64,000 bases of DNA, from NCBI RefSeq assembly GCF_009914755.1, contig NC_060939.1. One strand, 5' to 3'. This document shows positions 1-15,007 of the stretch, piece by piece (the first letter of the stretch is position 1; every line of letters starts with the position of its first letter). The notes beneath the pieces are model-generated. The model saw nothing but the letters and a program-made list of their open reading frames with translations, was not told the DNA's origin and made no database searches. Source of the stretch: the human T2T-CHM13v2.0 reference genome, Homo sapiens. The translations under genes and the position numbers were made by a program.

Positions 1-39
1 CTATTCCCCAAAACATGACTGAATTTTACAAACAGTATC

Positions 40-305
40 AAATAAAAGAAGCCAGACATGAAAAACTACATTCTGTATAATACCATTAATATAAAGTACA
101 CAAGCAGGCCAAACTAATTCATGGTGTTAGCAATGAGGGCAGTGGTGTCTTTTGTGGAGGATGGGTGTAGTCACTGGAAGAGGGCACGATGGTGGGCAGC
201 TTTTAGAGCAGAGCGATTTTTTCCTTTTTAATGTGACGCTGGTTACCATAACTACACAATTGTGATTTTTAAACTCCTCTGTATGTGTGCCTTACATAAA
301 TAAAC
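40..305 (+). mobile_element. Ancient L1 (L1ME-type) 3' UTR fragment
   Basis: aaaagaagccagaca...tacattctgtataataccatt...aggccaaactaattcatggtgttag...actggaagagggcacga resembles the L1ME 3' end. Confidence 0.7.
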
Positions 306-1079
306 TTCGTGCACCGCAAAGCCAAAAAGGTCTTAAATAAATTAAATAAAAAGAGTTAAAATGGCATACCAGATTAAATGTCAAATTTCTATAATTGTGT
401 TTTCAAACATCTTGACTTGCATGAAAAATATTTTGGTGGAATGTCTATTTTTAAGTAGATACATTTATCCTACACTAAAATGAAATAATATTAAAAGTGT
501 ATGATTTTGTGGTTTTTAAAATTGGTAAAAAAAAATTGAAAATAATCATATAGCAACTTACTGGATGAGTTTATAAAGATTTTTTCAAAGGAAGAGAAAA
601 TATACAGAATAGAGTAGGTTTAAGGTGTCAGCAGTTTCAAGTTTATTATAAAATGCACTTGAGGCCAATTTATGAAAAATTGAAAATAATAAAGACATAT
701 CAAAAATTATTTAGAAAAATATTAGATCCTCTGTATTAGAGACAGAGCTAAAATTTGATGAAATATGTAAATGTCTTAAGAATAATTATTCTGCTTATGT
801 TATATTTTAATAATCAAATGCACGAGATAATTTTTCATTTTGTCTTTTTTTACACAGTTACATGTTACTTTTTTTCTTTGGAATAGCTTAATTTTTGAAA
901 CTAGTTTTTGAAGAGATTTATTTTATAATTTCACCAATATAATAATGTTTGTTAATCAATACATAAACATTTCACATTGATACATATATATACTTAATGA
1001 TAATTCATATGGTCATTCTATGGATACAGAAATGATATAAAATATTGAATTTTTAAAAATTAATATAAAAACTTAAAGC

Positions 1080-2560
1080 ATTTCAGCTCAAAATCTCAAA
1101 CAAATTTTATAATGGAATTAGAAAGTGTATTCTAAAATATGCCTCAAAGAGCAAACGTCTTAAATGACCTAGTTAATTGAGAATAAAGAAAGACATATCA
1201 TAACAAACACCAAGAACTATTAGAAGCTAGGGTAACTAAGACAACATAGTCTTGATGCAAGAATAGAAAAATAGAATGAAGAAACAGAATAAGATCTTAG
1301 ATACAAATGTAAAATATCTATAGAAAATTGACACATGACAGATATTGCAAAAGAAATCACACGCTTGTAATTGGCAATGTTGTGGCAATTATCTCTATAG
1401 GGAAAACACTCTACTTCTATGCTATAAAGAAAACTAGTTGCAGATGAAATATTGACCTCAAAGTGAACAGCCAAACTTTAACTTCAAAAAGAAGATCTAG
1501 ACAGGCAGCTTTTAATCAAAATTTTCATAAACCATAAGGGAAAAATTTAATCAGTATTATTAGGAAGAAATTAAAACTTCAGATAATGAAAATAGTAAAA
1601 AAAATTATATAAAACCTGCAAATATGTCACTTGTATTGCATTTAGATAACAAAGAATTAGTGTGCAAATTGTTCAAAATTATCCCTAAAATAAGTTCAAC
1701 AAAAATAATTCAATTAAAATATTGGCCAAAGAAATAAACAGTTTAGAAGCGTAAACCAAAATGACCAATTAATATATATAAAAACATTCACCCTCACTTG
1801 TCAGGAAAGTTTTGCAAATATAGGCCATGATGAAATTTCAGATTCCATAGCCATAGAATTGCTAAAAAGTGTAAAGCCTGATAATGCTAAGAATTGACAA
1901 AGATGTGTAGCAACATATACACTTGTAAATTGAAATTAAGAATTTTAATTGGTGTAACTACTTTAGAGAAACGTTTGGCAATATTTATTTAAGCTGAAAT
2001 TGCATGAACCCTTTAACTAGCAGTTTTACTTTCAGGCTATAACTCTTACATAGGTACTTGAGAAAGCATGAATTAGAATGTTCATTTCACCCATTTGGGT
2101 GAAATGTGAAAAATTATAGAAAATAACCCTAAATGTTTAAGAAGACAGTGATAAAACCTATACTAAATAGTGGTATCCTATATTAAAGTTTTTAAAAAAC
2201 TAGATTTACATAATTCTCTAGAGATAAATCCTACAACTATAATTTTGAGAAGAAAAAAAGGGTCTCAGAAATGTGATTTTCTATAAAATTTAACAAATAC
2301 ACTTAATTATACAACATGGACAGATGCATAAGTATTTAGTAAGTAAAGAAAATTCAAATACTTATGAACAGAAAAATCAGGATAATGGTTATCTTTGGGA
2401 ATGCCTCACAGTGTAGGGAGGGAAAGGTAGGCACAAGAATACGGCGGAGAGAAGTATACGAAGTAAAAGGCAAATATTTTCATTTTTTTCTAAAACTTTG
2501 TGGGGGGTGGCTTATGTTGTCACTCCACGGACTACTTATATATGTCTATAATGGTTCAAA
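1080..2560 (+). mobile_element. Degenerate L1ME-type ORF2 C-terminal part and 3' UTR
   Basis: aaaatctcaaac...ggaattagaaagtgtattctaaaatat (KIP..ELDKLILKF-like); attggtgtaactactttagagaaacgtttggcaata; cctttaactagcagttttactt. Confidence 0.7.
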
Positions 2561-2879
2561 ATATAAGGGAAACAAGTAGAAAGTTATTCAATATATTCTG
2601 ATAGGATTTTTAAAAGCCAGTATATATGGTATAAAACTATTTACATTTGTAAAACTATCTATGAATAAGCGTTTGGAACTATAAGAGAATGCATGAAGGA
2701 ATATAGCAGGAGGCATTACCTTGGTTAAATTCAGATGAAAAAATAAGACATGACTTTCTTCTCCATTTTCTTTCTCTGTAGTTTCCTATTTTTTCCGTAA
2801 TTTAGGCTTATGGTCTTTATCATCAAGGAGTAAGCGATCACAATCCCCAAACAATCAGTGTTTGAGTGGAAAGGGGATT

Positions 2880-3010
2880 AGATAGTAAGTCCCACAAAGC
2901 CTAGGCCCTAGCGTCTGTGTTCCTTGCCGTGTCCTTAAGGAAGGGTGCTCATTCCCAATATGCATTGAGTTGCTAGAAAAAAATAATAAATGAATAAATG
3001 AGTGAACAAA
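2880..3010 (+). mobile_element. L2 3' end fragment
   Basis: gtaagtcccac...gtctgtgttccttgccgtgtcc... ending in an aatgaataaatgagtgaa tail. Confidence 0.55.
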
Positions 3011-3539
3011 GCAAATTCTAAATTAAGCATTAAGGGAGTCATTATGGTACAGAATTTAACCAACATTTCCTGAAAAATTGGCTTTGCAAAAGAAAAATGA
3101 TGCCTTTTTTTTTTTTGCCCTCAGGAAGCTTACCCTCTAGTGATGGAGTCAGACATGCAACAATATGATTTTGTTGTCCTAGAGCATTGTTAGGATTTAA
3201 ATGTGTTGCCTATTTTCACCACAGAACACCCTCAAATCAAGCTCTTACCCTTTCCTAAATTGATGGATTTTGTTGGAGACTTGTGATTATATCATCTGCA
3301 GCTCCTTATTTCAGATTTAGTAAATCTGCCTTTGCATAAAAGGACACTCTGGATGAGCCCTTCTTTCCAACCAGTAGACAGGTATCTACGGTATCAATGT
3401 CAAGATCTCAGGTATGGGAACAATAGACATGTATAGTGTTCAACACTATTGCAGATGACTCTTATTCTCATATTTTATGATTTCAAAATGAATCTGGGAG
3501 AGGTGTGGAGAGAGTTAGTAGTTGTCTTGCTTTAAAACT

Positions 3540-4900
<1,361 letters not shown>

Positions 4901-5239
4901 TACCTAAAAATAGGAATGCCCTAGATGTGTTCTTCCTTTTTTCTCCCTTCCTTTTATTTTTTATTTTTTGGCTTCTTAAAAAAAAATGATTCTATATCTC
5001 TCCCTTTCTTGGTCTTCTATTGCTATGGCTTTTCTTCTCTTCCCTAAGTGATCAGGTCCAGTGGAGGCCATCAAGTCTTCTACAGAGATGGCCTGGACTG
5101 GCCAGGCTGGGGGAATCTAGAACAAAAAAGGCAGACAGGGCTGAAGGGATAGATGGGGGCTGGTAAGACTTGAGAGGTTGGGGCTACAGAGGTGATCAAA
5201 GACTGGATCAAGGAAGTAACCAAAAACTGCAGGGCCTGT

Positions 5240-5512
5240 GAAATCAAACACGAAATTACCCATACAATATTTTTCCATGCATGTAAACTTACATGCAAAA
5301 ATAACTAATGGCAACAAATCAGCAGAGTGGTTCCTTGGGGAGGGAGGCAGTGACTATGGGTGTATAAACAGCGCTTCTGGCCTGCAGATTAATTTCTGTT
5401 CCCTCATCTGGATAGGGAGGTGTGATTTTGTGTGTCTGTGTGTAAAAATTCACCAAGCTGCACATTCAGGATTTGTAACTTTCTATGTTCAAGTTATACA
5501 GTCATAAATTTT
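5240..5512 (+). mobile_element. L1ME/MD-type 3' UTR fragment
   Basis: aaatcagcagagtggttccttgggg...tgtaaaaattcaccaagctgcacattcaggatttgtaactttctatgt. Confidence 0.7.
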
Positions 5513-5989
5513 TACTTGAAATATAAATTCTGACCTGAATGTTTATGAACAAATTAGAATTAGCATAAAATAGGGCAGGAAGAGTTAAGTGTTTGGCAAT
5601 GTAGCTATAGGTCCGGGAACATAAAATTGTTTGATACATGTATAAACTATAGGCAGCTCCACAAACAAAATGAAAACTTGGAGGCAGGAATTGATGAGGG
5701 AGGAAGCTAGAAAAGCAGACAGAAACAAGTACATGGGGGGACTTGAATATAATACTAAGAATTTTGGCTTCTGACCTGCAGAAAATGGGAAACATGGAAG
5801 GCTCAGGAGTGGAGAGAATTGGTTCAGAATGAGGAGTGAGTTTAACACTCCATCAAACAAATCATTAAACAAAATAAGAAGCTTAGGGTCAGAGAAGCTG
5901 TGAGGTGAAAGTTGGTGGCAAGTGTTAATTTTGTTAAACAAAATATACATTTTGTTTAAATGTATAACTGGACAAGTGTGACCATTTTA

Positions 5990-7715
5990 ACAGCAAAATA
6001 TAAATGTTTTTAATCTTGATAATTTAAAGATTATATCATAACTTACAAAAATGTGGTGGCATATGTAAGCAGATATTGAAAGAACATGTAAAAATATTGC
6101 TTTCCTATTATTTGATACGATTTGAAATTGATAGATTTATTAGACCTTATATATTTTAAGGGCAATGTTAGTAATAAAGGTAGCAGTAAAGCCAATGATA
6201 TAAGAAATAGAGTCTATAAACATTACAGATTATCAAAACTAAAACCCAAATCATACATACAAAGCAAAAGAAAATACAAACCATCGAGCTAATGACAGAT
6301 GCTATAGGAAACATTAAAAACAAATGGAATAACACAAATGACAGAATTCAGAACAAAAATATCTGTTACAGCAACAAATGTCAGTGGGATAAACTAACCT
6401 ATTAAAGAAAAAGACTCAGATTATATCAAATAATAAAACCTAACTATATGCCATATATATGAGACATATCTGAAATTGACTCAGAAGTTTGAAAGTGAAA
6501 AGATAGAATAAAATCACATCAGACAAACACAAACGAAAAATAAATCACAGCCCACAACAATGGTATTTAAGTTAAATCCAAGACAAAAATTTAAATGACT
6601 AAAGGATCTGTATAATAATAAAATTTACAGACGCATACACGTCTAAGTGTTCATGTGATCTTCATGCATCAAATAACAAAACATTAAAATGCATAACCAA
6701 GAATTGTGGGCAATAAAAGGAGAAAATATAGAAACATGGTAACTAGCAGAGTTTAACTTCTCTTGCATTGCATGACTAATCCAAGTTACAATAGAGATTT
6801 TTAAATGCAATTTAAAAAGTACACTCAATAATGTGTTCTTGAACTTTTCCCTGCTGTATACCCGGAAGGTAACTTGTTTTTAAATACCTATGGGGCATTT
6901 GGAAACATTGGCCATATATTAGGCGATAGAAATCTTCCAAGAATTCTCAAATGAAAGTAATATGGATCATATTTTTAAAATAATTTGTATAAAAGCTATT
7001 AAATAATTCCCAGCATAGACATGAAAAATTAAAAAGCCTCCAATCTAGAAACTTTAAAAATCCCTCTATTGTGTTAAAAAAAATCAAAACCAACATTTTA
7101 CAACATGAATCAGGAATCATGAAATAACTCCCAGGAAATCAATAGATTGTAACTAAAACTAAACTAAAAAAAATTATTCATGTTTACTAAACTAGAAAAC
7201 ATGAAAATTATGGTTTCAAGGAAAACAAAATAAATTGAAGGTGAGTAGGGAGAACTTAAATAAAAGCAGAAATAAGTGAATTAAAAATTAGAAAAATTAG
7301 TGGAAACTCTAAAAATTACATTTTAACTAAAAAGTAAAAAAGGGAGGCTGGATGCGCTGGCTCACGCCTGTAATCCCAGCACTTTGGAAGGCCGAGGTCA
7401 GGAGTTCAAGTCCAGCCTGGGCAACATGGAGAAACCCTGTTTCACTAAAATTACAAAAAATAGACTGGCATAGGTGGCACATGCCTGTAATCTCAGATAC
7501 TTGGGAGGCTGAGACATGAGAGTCGCTTGCACCCTGGAGACAGAGCTTTGGAGGTTGAAGTGAGCTGAGATCGCACCACAGCACTCCAGCTTGGGCAACA
7601 GAGCGAGACTCTGTCTCAAAAAAAAAAAAAAAAAAAAAAAAAAGGTGGGAGGAGAAAGCATAAGTATCACAAATACCTCAAATTAGAAATGAAAATGAGG
7701 AAACAACCACAGATG
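5990..7715 (+). mobile_element. Degenerate L1M ORF1 end / ORF2 endonuclease region, interrupted by an Alu
   Basis: acaaatgtcagtgggataaactaacctattaaagaaaaagactcagattatat...aacctaactatatgccatatatatgagacata (NVNGLN..IKR..PTICCLQET-like). Confidence 0.75.
7346..7643 (+). mobile_element. Alu (old S or J) with a left-arm deletion
   Basis: ggctggatgcgctggctcacgcctgtaatcccagc...gagactctgtctc followed by a long poly(A) tail; aaaaagggag/aaaaggtgggag flanks. Confidence 0.95.
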
Positions 7716-8331
7716 AGGCCTGGGGAGTTTTTGCTCCAAGTCACAGCCACGCCAATGAGACTGGGAGATGCCGCGAGGCCCCTGTGGGCACTGTGGACTG
7801 TCACCCAGATCTGAGGAAGTGCGTTTCCCTGTGAGCACTTCAAAAGGGAGACCTGAGTGAGCAACTACTACATATTCTTGCTGGCATATAGTCTATGATG
7901 TAGATACCTAATATATTCAACCAATAATTGAAATTCACATTGTCTCCTCATTTTGTTACCACAAACAAGGCATCATAAAATATCTATATATACTTGTAGT
8001 AAGTTGGGTTTGTTGGGAAACGAATTCTGAGTTTCTGAGAGTTGCTGCAGGAGGCTTTTGGGGAGGCGTTCCCAGGAAGAACATCTGTGAGGGGTGAGAG
8101 GACCAGGATTGGGCAGAAGGAGCCACTGAATTGCAATACAGTTGTATCAGAGGCCTTGAGGAGTTTGGGTGGCTCTGAAATCAGGTGCTCGCAGTTGGTC
8201 CAATTGATGCAAGGAGGCTAAGCCTCTGTACCTCCATAGTGGTTGCTGTCCCCAAAGAGGGGTCAAAGCCTTGGATGGGGCAGCTTACTTTGACTGAGGG
8301 CAATTACTGGAGAGCAACTTGGCTGAGTGAT

Positions 8332-9290
8332 TGCAGAGCTTTTTTCCTTATCATCTTAGCTAGGCTAGAACTACATTTCTCAGAATCCCCTTCCCTGTAT
8401 TGCTCTAGGTTCCTTTTGGACAAAACAGAAAGTGGTGGGAGATAACCAAAGGCAGAGGTAAATGTGCTGCTGTTTTGCCATGTCTAGAAGTTGTTACAGT
8501 CCGGGTGGCATGGCTCACACCTGTAATCCCAGCACTTTGGGAAGCCAAGGCGGGTGAATCACTTGAGGTCAGGAGTTCGAGACCAGCCTGGCCAACATGG
8601 TGAAACCCCATCTCTACTAAAAATAAAAAAATAATAATAAAAGAAAATAAAAAAATAGCTGGGTGTGGTGGCGCACACCTGTAATCCCAGCTACGCAAAA
8701 GGCTGAGACTGAACCCAGGAGACGGAGGTTGCAGTGAGCCAAGATCGTGCCATTGCGCTCCAGCCTGGGTGACAGAGTGAGACTTTGTCTCAAAAATAAA
8801 TAGATAAATTAAAAAATAAAAGTCGGTACAGGATGCCAGACACAGACAGCTTGTGCACCTTTTTGCTAATCTACTAGCTCACCTGATTGATTAATGGATG
8901 GACCTATAATTTCCCCAACTCCCACCACATCTACTCTTTTGGCTTCTCTGACCCTGTGCAAGTGAGTATGCACATCTGTGATGAATGGTACCAGCTGCTC
9001 CTGAAAGTCTCCTGTGGCATTGAGGTTGGAGGTGGTGAGAGACTTGGACTCCAGTTTGTCTTCATGCACTGCAGATCACTGTCCCAGTTTCAGTGTGTTC
9101 TTCCTTTAGCCACGCCCAGCTTTCCTTTGTGACTGATGGTCTGGCTGACCTACAGTGACTTCAGGCCCAACACCAGATGTAGGGTCAGACATCTCCACTA
9201 CTTCCCACCACTGTGTCACGTCTTGTCTTTATAATATATTCTTTATTTTATATCAACCATAGCAGGTCTGCTACTCTAATTGAAGATACG
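8332..9290 (+). mobile_element. MLT2E/F-type ERVL LTR, interrupted by an Alu
   Basis: ctaggctagaactacatttctcagaatccccttccctgtat at the 5' end; tataatatattctttattttatatcaaccatagcaggtctgctactctaattgaagatac at the 3' end. Confidence 0.7.
8499..8820 (+). mobile_element. AluSx/Sz
   Basis: Full dimer with an expanded A-rich linker and a short right-arm deletion; degenerate TSD agaagttgttaca/aaaagtcggtaca. Confidence 0.95.
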
Positions 9291-10084
9291 CTACAACACT
9301 CCTGACACCTGGGGCATTAGTGACTCAGTCCTGAGGGGAGATCTGGGTGGTACACCACAGCATCCAACTATAGTACTAGTGCTTTATTTTAATGAAAGTG
9401 ATTTCCAGGATTAAAATGACTAGAATGAAGAATACATGTGTTTTAAATGTGATGGATGCTGCCAGATTGCTTTCCTCAAAAACAGTAGCAATCCACCTCC
9501 CTACAGTGAACATAGCAAAGCCTATTACCCGCATCCTACACAAGACACAATGCTGCTATTCCTTTTAAATTTTGTCAGTCTGATAGTTATAAATAGACAT
9601 CTTACAATTTAAATCTACATTTCTCTCTTGTTATTAATTGGAGTCTCTCATGTTTGATGACAATCTGAGTTCGTTCTTTTGTAACTTGTTTGTAGCTTTT
9701 GCCTGGTATTTTCTATCGGAATATATATATTTTCCTAGGGAATTTGTAAATTTTCTTTGGACATTAGAGACACTAACCTTTTATGTGTTATCGGAATTGG
9801 AAAAAAGTTAGTAAAAATCTATTTTTATCATCTATTTGACCTTGTTAATGTCATATTTTATCATCAATATCGTATTTTTTTTTTAATTGGAATGTTTAGT
9901 TCCCTGGGAATTCCGTTGGGAAATAGTATAAAATGGAAGCCCAGATAGGTTTTCTTCTGCTAGATAATAAATTCCACTAGGAGTATTTGTTAAATAATCC
10001 AACATTTTCCACAAACTTGACGAAGACATTTTGGTATATTAAATACATGCATTTCTTGATTTTCTATTTAATTTTGCCAATAAA

Positions 10085-10610
10085 ATTTGAATTAGAAATA
10101 TATTTGTAAATTTTTAATCTGATAAATGCACATAAAATGAATGGCAAAGATCATGATTAGTAAAATAAAAAGAAGTGTTACCATTAAAAACCAGGAACAA
10201 ACTTACTTGTACTTAAATTGTTTTGAAAGTACAAACCAATGCAGTAAGAAAATAAGTTAAAGTATCAAGTATATACAAATGGAGGCAAATTTATTATTAT
10301 TTGCACATGATAAGATTGTATACATGGAAAGAGAATCAGCTGAAGAACTGTTTTAATGGTAAGAGAATTTTAGAGATCGGCTGGTTAAAAAATTAATATA
10401 TAAAATTAAATAGCTTCCTAGACACAAATAGTAAAGTTAGAAAATCAAATGCAGCAAAGATCTAATTTACAACAGCAACAAAAGAGTTACATTGTCTAGG
10501 AATAAACTGGAAAAATGTTCATTGTTGGAAGCAAATGATGAAACTCTACTGAGGCATAAATGAAGAAATTGAAAAAAGGAAAAGGCACATTTCTTATGGA
10601 TACATAGGTA
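10085..10610 (+). mobile_element. Degenerate L1M ORF2 reverse-transcriptase fragment
   Basis: ttatttgcacatgataagattgtatacatggaaa is an LFADDMIVY(L)E-like remnant; aaattaatatataaaattaaatagcttcct. Confidence 0.75.
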
Positions 10611-10781
10611 TCTTGTTCACCAATTAGAGATCAAAAGTCACAAGCTCTCAGACAATTTGAACCAAACTGTGCCAGTCACTTCAGTAAGAGGGATGAGGTT
10701 TCACTATCTGGCTTCATGCTTTTGGTATTGGTAAAGGTGCTTAAAAATAGGATTAGTGAAAAAAGTATGGCTAAGATGGAA

Positions 10782-10966
10782 CAGTGGTCCTCAGAGTTAA
10801 GAACACATCATAATCAAGCAGGGCTTGTTAAGACACAGGTTTCTTGGTTCCTCTTTCAGAGTTTTCAATCTTATAGGTCCTGGATGAGGCCTCAGGTTGT
10901 ATATTTCTAACAAATTCCCAGGTGATGTTGATGCTGCCGGTTCTATGCTTTGGAAGCCCCTGGCGT
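10782..10966. mobile_element. MER5A hAT-Charlie MITE
   Basis: cagtggtcctcagagtt...catcataatca...ggcttgttaagacacag...tttctaacaaattcccaggtgatgttgatgctgccggt. Confidence 0.8.
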
Positions 10967-11781
10967 AGAGAACGATTTATGCAAAAATCCCTTTCCAAGT
11001 CATACAGCATAGAGAGCCTGGAAAATGTGTAGAGTCACACTTATTTCAGAGAAAACATTCATATATTAGGTATAAGACTATTTAATCATTTCATTTTAAA
11101 GACAGTAAGCCTTGAGTTCTGGAGTGGATAAATGAGGGCTGAGTTATCTGGCTATTCTGACTTTGGATGTGGATCTTTAATTCTCATTGCTGACAAATTT
11201 TAGCCACTGAGGTTTCCTCAAGGTCCCAGGTTTAAGAAAAGAAGAGAATTATCTAATCATTTCTGAGAAACAAAAAAAGCCCACAAAACCCTTAAGTATA
11301 TACTGAGGGGATTTTAGCTCCCACTGGCCTGACAGCCTTAGAGAGCTGAGTCTAAGGATGGACTCAGGAATTAACCACAAGCAGCTAAGGGAATATTCAG
11401 TCCATTTGTCCATGTGCTCCAAGCTTCTGTTCCCAGGGTGACCTGAATGACATGGAGGCCAGAATTAATAATAACAAAAGCTACCACCTGCAGTGGGTTA
11501 GAAAGGGCAAAATCATTGTTGAATTGTGCCAGCCCCTGTTGCAGTCTGATGCTATTAACAAGGCCAGGGAGGCTTTGAATCAAGAGTGCTTGGAAAGCAA
11601 GGCAGAATCCCACCAAGAGAAGTGCTAACTAAAGGAAAACTGCTCCTCTGGCCCAAGCCACACACTGTGGGTGACCAAAAAAAAGGACATTTGAACCCGA
11701 TACACCAAGTAGCCACAGCTTCCTAGAAGTCACAAAAGTGACATCTTTTTATACATGTTTCATTACATGGTGGCCCCTGAC

Positions 11782-12455
<674 letters not shown>

Positions 12456-13335
12456 CTGGCCCTTGGTTGAATTAAGCACCATGCTCCTTTCCCTTTAAAA
12501 ATGGAGTAAGAGAGAAAAAGCCTGACCTGGGCCTGAAAAATCCTACTTGTGCGAAGAAATGAGAATTGGTTATCTGGCTTTGCACAGTTAAGCAGGTTTC
12601 ATGATGGATAATTGTAATTGTGGGCAGCTTTCAGCACTGGTTGAAAAGCTTCCTCAAACCCCTTTCTGCAGCTCAGAGCAGATATTCTTCTCCCTTCCTT
12701 TTGCAGCTAGAGAACAGGAGCAAATGGAGAGGCAAGGCGTGAAGCCCAGGGAACGAGGCTGAAAAAGGCTCTCTTCCCTGGCTGTCAGTCAGGTGGCTGC
12801 TTTGGTCCCAGGAACTGGCAGTTGTGAATTACGGACTCCCTTTCTCCCTGCCAAAGCTGCTCCCCCGTGGACCTCTCTCGTTGTTTTCTGATTATTTCAG
12901 ATTCCTGTTAAACATCCCTGAGTTCAGAAGCCCTTGTTGTGAGGGGCGTGAAAACAAGCAGTTGACTAAACCACTGCACACAGGTGTCAGTGCAGAAGCA
13001 ATGCCTTTTACCAAACAGCATGCACCCTAAGGCTTTTCCAAAGTGCATTTCAGAGGCTTGAATGTCTTGGTAGAATAATAATAATATAACACAAAGATAA
13101 TGTTTCATCTCATACAGCAGCAATTCAATGGAAATCATCTGACTGGATTTAAGGAGCAGCATAGTGAGTTTAGAATTGTAATGATTCCCCACTTTACAAA
13201 CGCAGGCATTTGAATCCTGTAATTCTTCCTACCAGGGGATTTAGGGGTTATGGGGTTGTGAGGACGTCAGACTCCACTATCATAAGAAAGTGCTGTTAAA
13301 GCTATGGTCTGAGACAGGAAAGGTGGCTGCTGCCC

Positions 13336-13336
<1 letters not shown>

Positions 13337-13380
<44 letters not shown>
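13337..13380. repeat. (AC)22 microsatellite
   Basis: Perfect dinucleotide run. Confidence 0.98.
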
Positions 13381-13384
<4 letters not shown>

Positions 13385-13569
13385 CAGCCAGAGTAATCTT
13401 GCCAAAATGGAAAGTTGAGTATGTCACACAGATGAACAATGAGTTAACAACGGCTTGAAGGTGGTAAAATGCAATCCAGCCTCTGCCACAAGCTATGGGA
13501 TGTTGGGCAAATCCCGTCCTTCTCTAGATGCTGTTCTAAGATGAAGCTCTTGTAGTATAGGTTGTCAGA

Positions 13570-13780
13570 ACGCTGAACATTTATGACATTCCAGGAACTT
13601 TGCTGGAAGCTTTTAAAATATATTATCTTACTTAATCCTTACAGAAAACCTGCATGGCTGGGAGTATTGTGATCCTCCTTTTACAGATAAGGAATACTGG
13701 AGTAGGAGAGTCAATTGGTTACTTAAAGTCCCATCAGCACAGTGAAGAAGTAGGGTATCAACAAAGGTCTGTTTGACTAG
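13570..13780 (-). mobile_element. MIR
   Basis: cttacttaatccttacagaaaacctg...attgtgatcctccttttacagataaggaatactg (MIR core, reverse). Confidence 0.8.
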
Positions 13781-14610
13781 TTATTCACACATGCATTCCT
13801 TCACTTACTAAATTATTATTCCATGCTTACTTTGTCCTGGATACTGCTGTAAACAGAAGACATCAAAAGTAGCTTGGACTCAACCCTTACAGAATTTATT
13901 CTCTGTGGAGGAGAGGGAGGGTTATTAATTGAATATGTAAACCTATACCTGTAAAATAACTGTCCTTCTAAGCATCGTTAAGGAAATGAGAATACATAAC
14001 AGGATATCCCCTAGTTTGGGAGTTATGGAAAAGAAGTAACATTTGAGATAAGACCCGATGACTGACTAGAAGTTAACTGAGTGAAAGAGAAGGGATGGAG
14101 ATAAGACATTGGGTTATCAGCCTACAGATATGAAGTGAAGTAAGGGAAGTAGGTGAAATCATCCAGAGGTAAGACAGTGGTTTTACCAGCCTTTGGACTT
14201 ACTGAATTATAAACATAGCACATGGCCTTGGACATATGTAGGTTTTGCCTGAACCCTCTACCTCACATAGCTACTGTGGGTATGAAATGATTATGTATTT
14301 AGCGTTTGGACCAATAGGCAAGCCACATCTTTACCAACTTTTATAAAGGATAGAGCATGAAGAGAAGCAAACTTAAGGTCAAATCTTGAGGGACATCAAC
14401 ACTTAATTCCTCAGTAGTGGGGGCTAAGCATGCAAACAGGAAGGGAAAGGAGCAGTGTGAACTCTGGACTGTCACAGAAATCGAGGCAGGAGAGTTTACA
14501 CAAGAAGGAAGAGGGATCAACTGGGGTTAAGTGCTGCTGAAATAGCAGGAAAGACACTCTCCTTAATGTTGCTCACTGGATTTAGCAATGCAGAAATCCT
14601 TGGTGAGACT
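13781..14610 (-). mobile_element. L2 fragments
   Basis: ttattcacacatgcattccttcacttactaaattattatt tail; gaagtaacatttgagataagacc; cactggatttagcaatgcagaaatccttggtga. Confidence 0.7.
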
Positions 14611-14624
14611 AGAAATACCTTTTT

Positions 14625-14990
14625 TAAAAAAAATCTTATAAATTTAAGGGGTACAAGTGCAGTTTGGTTACATGGATATGTTACTTAGCTCTGAAGTGCA
14701 GGCTTTTAGTATAACCATCACACAAATAATGGACATTGTACCCATTAAGTAATTTCTCATCTCTCACCCTCTTACCACTCTCCCACTTTTCTGTCTTCAA
14801 TGTCCAGTACTACACTCTCTCCATGCACATATACACATTATTTGGCTCCCACTTATAAATGAGAACATGCAGAATTTGACTTACTGTTACTGAGTTATTT
14901 CACTTAAGATAATGGCCTCAGTTCCACCCATGTTGCTGCAAAAGATATGATTCCATTCTTTTTGTGGCATAGAAATATTACACTGTGTGT
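14625..14990 (-). mobile_element. L1PB3/4-type 3' end
   Basis: ggggtacaagtgcagtttggttacatggatatg...ggcttttagtataaccatcac...ctcccacttataaatgagaacatgc. Confidence 0.85.
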
Positions 14991-15007
14991 GTATGTGTGG
15001 GGGGCAT

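Larger units (their letters stand above)
7995..9372 (-). mobile_element. LTR16 (A/C, ERVL) solo LTR in two pieces, 7995-~8331 and ~9291-9372
   Basis: gggaaacgaattctgag...caggattgggcagaaggag... and cagtcctgaggggagatctgggtggtacaccacagcatcca match the LTR16 reverse complement; flanks atact/gtact give a 5-bp TSD with 1 mismatch. Confidence 0.8.
7860..10075 (-). mobile_element. L1ME-type ORF2 end/3' UTR, split by the LTR nest at 7995-9372
   Basis: tttgttaccacaaacaaggcatcataaaatatc before the nest; gatgctgccagattgctttcc...ttttaaattttgtcagtctgatag after it. Confidence 0.65.
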
